Origin: a virus
Taxonomy: Duplodnaviria; Caudoviricetes
IMG/VR virus record: IMGVR_UViG_3300020173_000001
Coordinates: 1 to 54,756 of that record
Length of the DNA stretch: 54,756 nucleotides
Strand: one strand, 5' to 3'
Shown: one piece after another, positions 52,519 to 54,756 of the stretch
Layout: each line of letters opens with the position of its first letter
How positions within the stretch are numbered: position 1 is the stretch's first letter
Made by a program: the position numbers and the translations under genes
The notes under the pieces: generated by a model
What the model saw: only the letters and a program-made list of their open reading frames with translations
Told to the model about the DNA's origin: nothing
The model's database searches: none

Positions 52519-52805
52519 TTCACCTTATGTGACCAATATCTAGCTGATAACTTGCTGGGCTTAGAATCTTGAGCATCATGTCTAGCATAATAACTCTTCT
52601 TACGTGCTTTATCTTTTGCAGACTTAGGATTCTTACCAGCACCTTTTACACCCTGCTGACCGAAACGAATAAATTTATATGTGTCACCTTCTTTAGCCAT
52701 AACACAATGTGACTTCTTAGGATGATTAGGAGTTCTCTTAGGTTTGTTTACACCTTTAAGACCTTCTTCTTTCATTTTAGTTTTAACTCGTTCAGGTATA
52801 CTCAT
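52512..52805 (-). CDS. Basic viral protein (IRFGQ..RKKSY.ARH..SARYWS family)
   Basis: Motif recalled from phage and giant-virus DUF families. Confidence 0.65.
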   Translation of the reverse strand: MSIPERVKTKMKEEGLKGVNKPKRTPNHPKKSHCVMAKEGDTYKFIRFGQQGVKGAGKNPKSAKDKARKKSYYARHDAQDSKPSKLSARYWSHKVKW

Positions 52806-53314
52806 CAGATCATACTCAATGCTTGGTCTAGTGTTTCTTTATTACGTCTGCTCCAGCCACGACCAAAAGTTTCAAATGTTTTTAAAGACTCATAAAAACT
52901 TTGACGTTGCTTATACACACTTTCAATAATCATTTTAGGTTCATGATTCATAACAGCTTGAATTGTCATAGGTCCAATAGCACCATCAACAGTTGCTCCT
53001 GCTGCACGTTGAATCGCTTTAGCTGGGCGACCAGAACCAGAGTTAACTGCCCAATCAAAAGCACACCAGTCTACGCCACTAGGAAGATCATCTCCCCGAA
53101 CTTTATCCCAATAATTTTTCTTATAGATAGGAGCTACATTAATAAATGTTAAGTCACGCATTTCTTGTTCAGTAGATTCACGACCAATCCACTTATCATA
53201 TACTGCTTTAGTAACACCGAGATTAGTCATGCCACCCGGATCTTTAGGATGATTTACAAATCCACCTTCGTGGTGTAATAACATTGATAAACATTTATCA
53301 AAATTCTTTTTCAT
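52805..53314 (-). CDS. GH108 endolysin with peptidoglycan-binding C-terminus
   Basis: HEGGFVNHPKDPGGMTNLGVT, FDWAVNSG, DGAIGPMT, FGRGWSRR. Confidence 0.92.
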   Translation of the reverse strand: MKKNFDKCLSMLLHHEGGFVNHPKDPGGMTNLGVTKAVYDKWIGRESTEQEMRDLTFINVAPIYKKNYWDKVRGDDLPSGVDWCAFDWAVNSGSGRPAKAIQRAAGATVDGAIGPMTIQAVMNHEPKMIIESVYKQRQSFYESLKTFETFGRGWSRRNKETLDQALSMI

Positions 53315-53700
53315 TACTTTCTCCCAAAAATCCTAGTAGCAGAACGTACACCAAAGCTTGCTGCTACAATTACACCAAGAGTATACTGATACCAATCAGG
53401 CATAGACTCCAGTGCTACAAAACCATTAGATACTACATTTCTACCCCAATCACCAGTAAACACTAAAATTAAAGGGATAGAAAAAAGAATAGTTAGCCAT
53501 TCGTCTTTCCACGAAGACTGACTACCTTGAGCCATAATCTTTTCCCAATCTGCCTCACTGGTTGCACGAGACAACATAATCTGCGCTTCAGCTTCAGCTT
53601 TGGCAACCTTAGCTTTAGTTTCTGCAGCTTTAGTTTCAACTTTTCCATTTAACCATGTTCCTGCTAAACTTGTTATCGGGCCTATTAACGCCTGTATCAT
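53314..53700 (-). CDS. Holin-like membrane protein
   Basis: SWKDEW then TM segments, SFGVR; adjacent to the endolysin. Confidence 0.7.
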   Translation of the reverse strand: MIQALIGPITSLAGTWLNGKVETKAAETKAKVAKAEAEAQIMLSRATSEADWEKIMAQGSQSSWKDEWLTILFSIPLILVFTGDWGRNVVSNGFVALESMPDWYQYTLGVIVAASFGVRSATRIFGRK

Positions 53701-53909
53701 TTCTCATGTCCTAACCAAACAGCAAAAGCACCTGTCATAGCACCAGTTACTGTAGCAGTAAGTGCTGTAGCCTGAGAAGTCATAGCCTCTGGGGGTAACG
53801 ACATAAACCAAAATAAAACTTCAATGTACATCCATGTCATTACTAGCATCATTAGTCTTGGCATTATCTTCCAAGCTAAAATACGTTCCATTGCTACAGT
53901 CATTCCCAT
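53697..53909 (-). CDS. Two-TM protein (holin-associated)
   Basis: WKIMPRLMM..WFM..GAMTGAFAVW. Confidence 0.65.
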   Translation of the reverse strand: MGMTVAMERILAWKIMPRLMMLVMTWMYIEVLFWFMSLPPEAMTSQATALTATVTGAMTGAFAVWLGHEK

Positions 53910-54145
53910 TCCCTTTTTCTTCTAGGTTCAAAAACATCACTGGCACTAAGAAATCCTTCTAGGTACATAGCTCTTTCAACTCTGTCTAGAGAATACTTAG
54001 TGCCAGTGTCTTGAAATATTTTTTCTCTTACATAAAAAACATCTGAACGTGGGATATGTACTCTACGGAGTCTACCCTCGTCTTCATCAGCTAGAGCTTT
54101 ATAAAATTCCTCTAGTACATTATCGGAAGAATACATTTTTGGCAA
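53900..54145 (-). CDS. Hypothetical protein, first gene of the late arm
   Basis: TTG start, AAGGA RBS; HIPRSDVFYVR. Confidence 0.65.
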   Translation of the reverse strand: MPKMYSSDNVLEEFYKALADEDEGRLRRVHIPRSDVFYVREKIFQDTGTKYSLDRVERAMYLEGFLSASDVFEPRRKREWE

Positions 54146-54153
54146 TTAATTGT

Positions 54154-54186
54154 CCTTAGTTATACTAGTTTAAAATGGGAAGTCAA
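54154..54186 (-). promoter_or_regulatory. Late-arm promoter TTGACT-16-TATAACTAAGG
   Basis: Minus strand TTGACT 54186-54181, TATAAC 54164-54159. Confidence 0.6.
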
Positions 54187-54315
54187 CACCTTTTACCTAC
54201 GACAAAAGAAAAAATCGACACTATCCTTAAAGGATTACTATAAATACTAATTACTAATTATAATTATTAATAGTATTTAGTATTTAAAGAGTACTCTAAG
54301 TATTACTTTAAGTAT

Positions 54316-54343
54316 ATTATACCGCACTTTGAATATTTGTCAA
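54316..54343 (-). promoter_or_regulatory. Late-arm promoter TTGACA-16-TATAAT
   Basis: Perfect consensus hexamers on the minus strand. Confidence 0.6.
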
Positions 54344-54629
54344 TACTAAAAGTAAGAAATAATATTTAAATTAATTTAATTTTTCTTTACCACCTTTAAA
54401 TTTCTATAATAGGTCCAGATCCTATAAAGTATAAGTCCAGTTGATCACAAATTGTTACAGTCTTGAAATATACTACACATAATCCCCCATGTACCCTACA
54501 AAGACTTACACCTTTCGTACCAATTATAGGGTTAACCCCCTGTTTTTTATAGAAAATACTATATATGGGCTGGTATTTATTGTGGTTAACAGTTAAAAAA
54601 TACCCCCCGCTGTCATTGAGTGTATACGC

Positions 54630-54756
54630 ATACGGAGACCCCCCGGATGGCCCATGCCCCCGGCCTCTAAGGAGGCTATGCGTGTCTGAATCCGTAGGAT
54701 TATGAGCTACTTACAATGCTAAAGCATTGTTATCTATTGTTTTTTAAAACAATAAG
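54630..54756. repeat. Second copy of the 127-bp end overlap
   Basis: Matches 1..127. Confidence 0.95.

Noticed and set aside
54630-54756. 127-bp repeat as a biological direct terminal repeat
   Set aside because: Length equals a common assembler k-mer, so real termini cannot be inferred without reads

Overview
The window looks like one complete, circularly assembled dsDNA phage genome: 54,629 bp unique, plus a 127-bp end overlap that is probably an assembly k-mer. It has podovirus-type gene content and no recognisable RNA polymerase. The host is probably a marine alphaproteobacterium or roseobacter (inferred from a DUF1127-like gene and a class II RNR). Two arms converge on a bidirectional terminator at ~18.94 kb. 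The + arm carries about 20 small early genes, a tyrosine recombinase, ThyX, a T7-like primase/helicase, a family A DNA polymerase (Tyr762 type), SSB, a Cas4-like exonuclease, a resolvase, MazG, a class II RNR and DUF3310. The - arm carries holin and GH108 endolysin, small basic proteins, terminase, portal, a 1525-aa modular virion protein, scaffold, capsid, tail adaptor and nozzle, a repeat-rich fibre and internal virion proteins. Main unexplained structures: (1) eight copies of a ~21-bp dyad, AATCWCGG-N5-CCGWGA, at gene junctions of the early region; they often supply the upstream stop codon and lie upstream of a tyrosine recombinase that has its own 31-bp palindrome; (2) a recurrent [F/Y/M]-x-x-G-G peptide motif that delimits modules in several late proteins; (3) structured leaders before scaffold and capsid that share a CUAC...CCC motif; (4) small ORFs missed by the ORF track that resemble ArfA, RMF and DUF1127, plus very acidic DNA-mimic candidates. 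All family calls come from motif recognition, not database searches.
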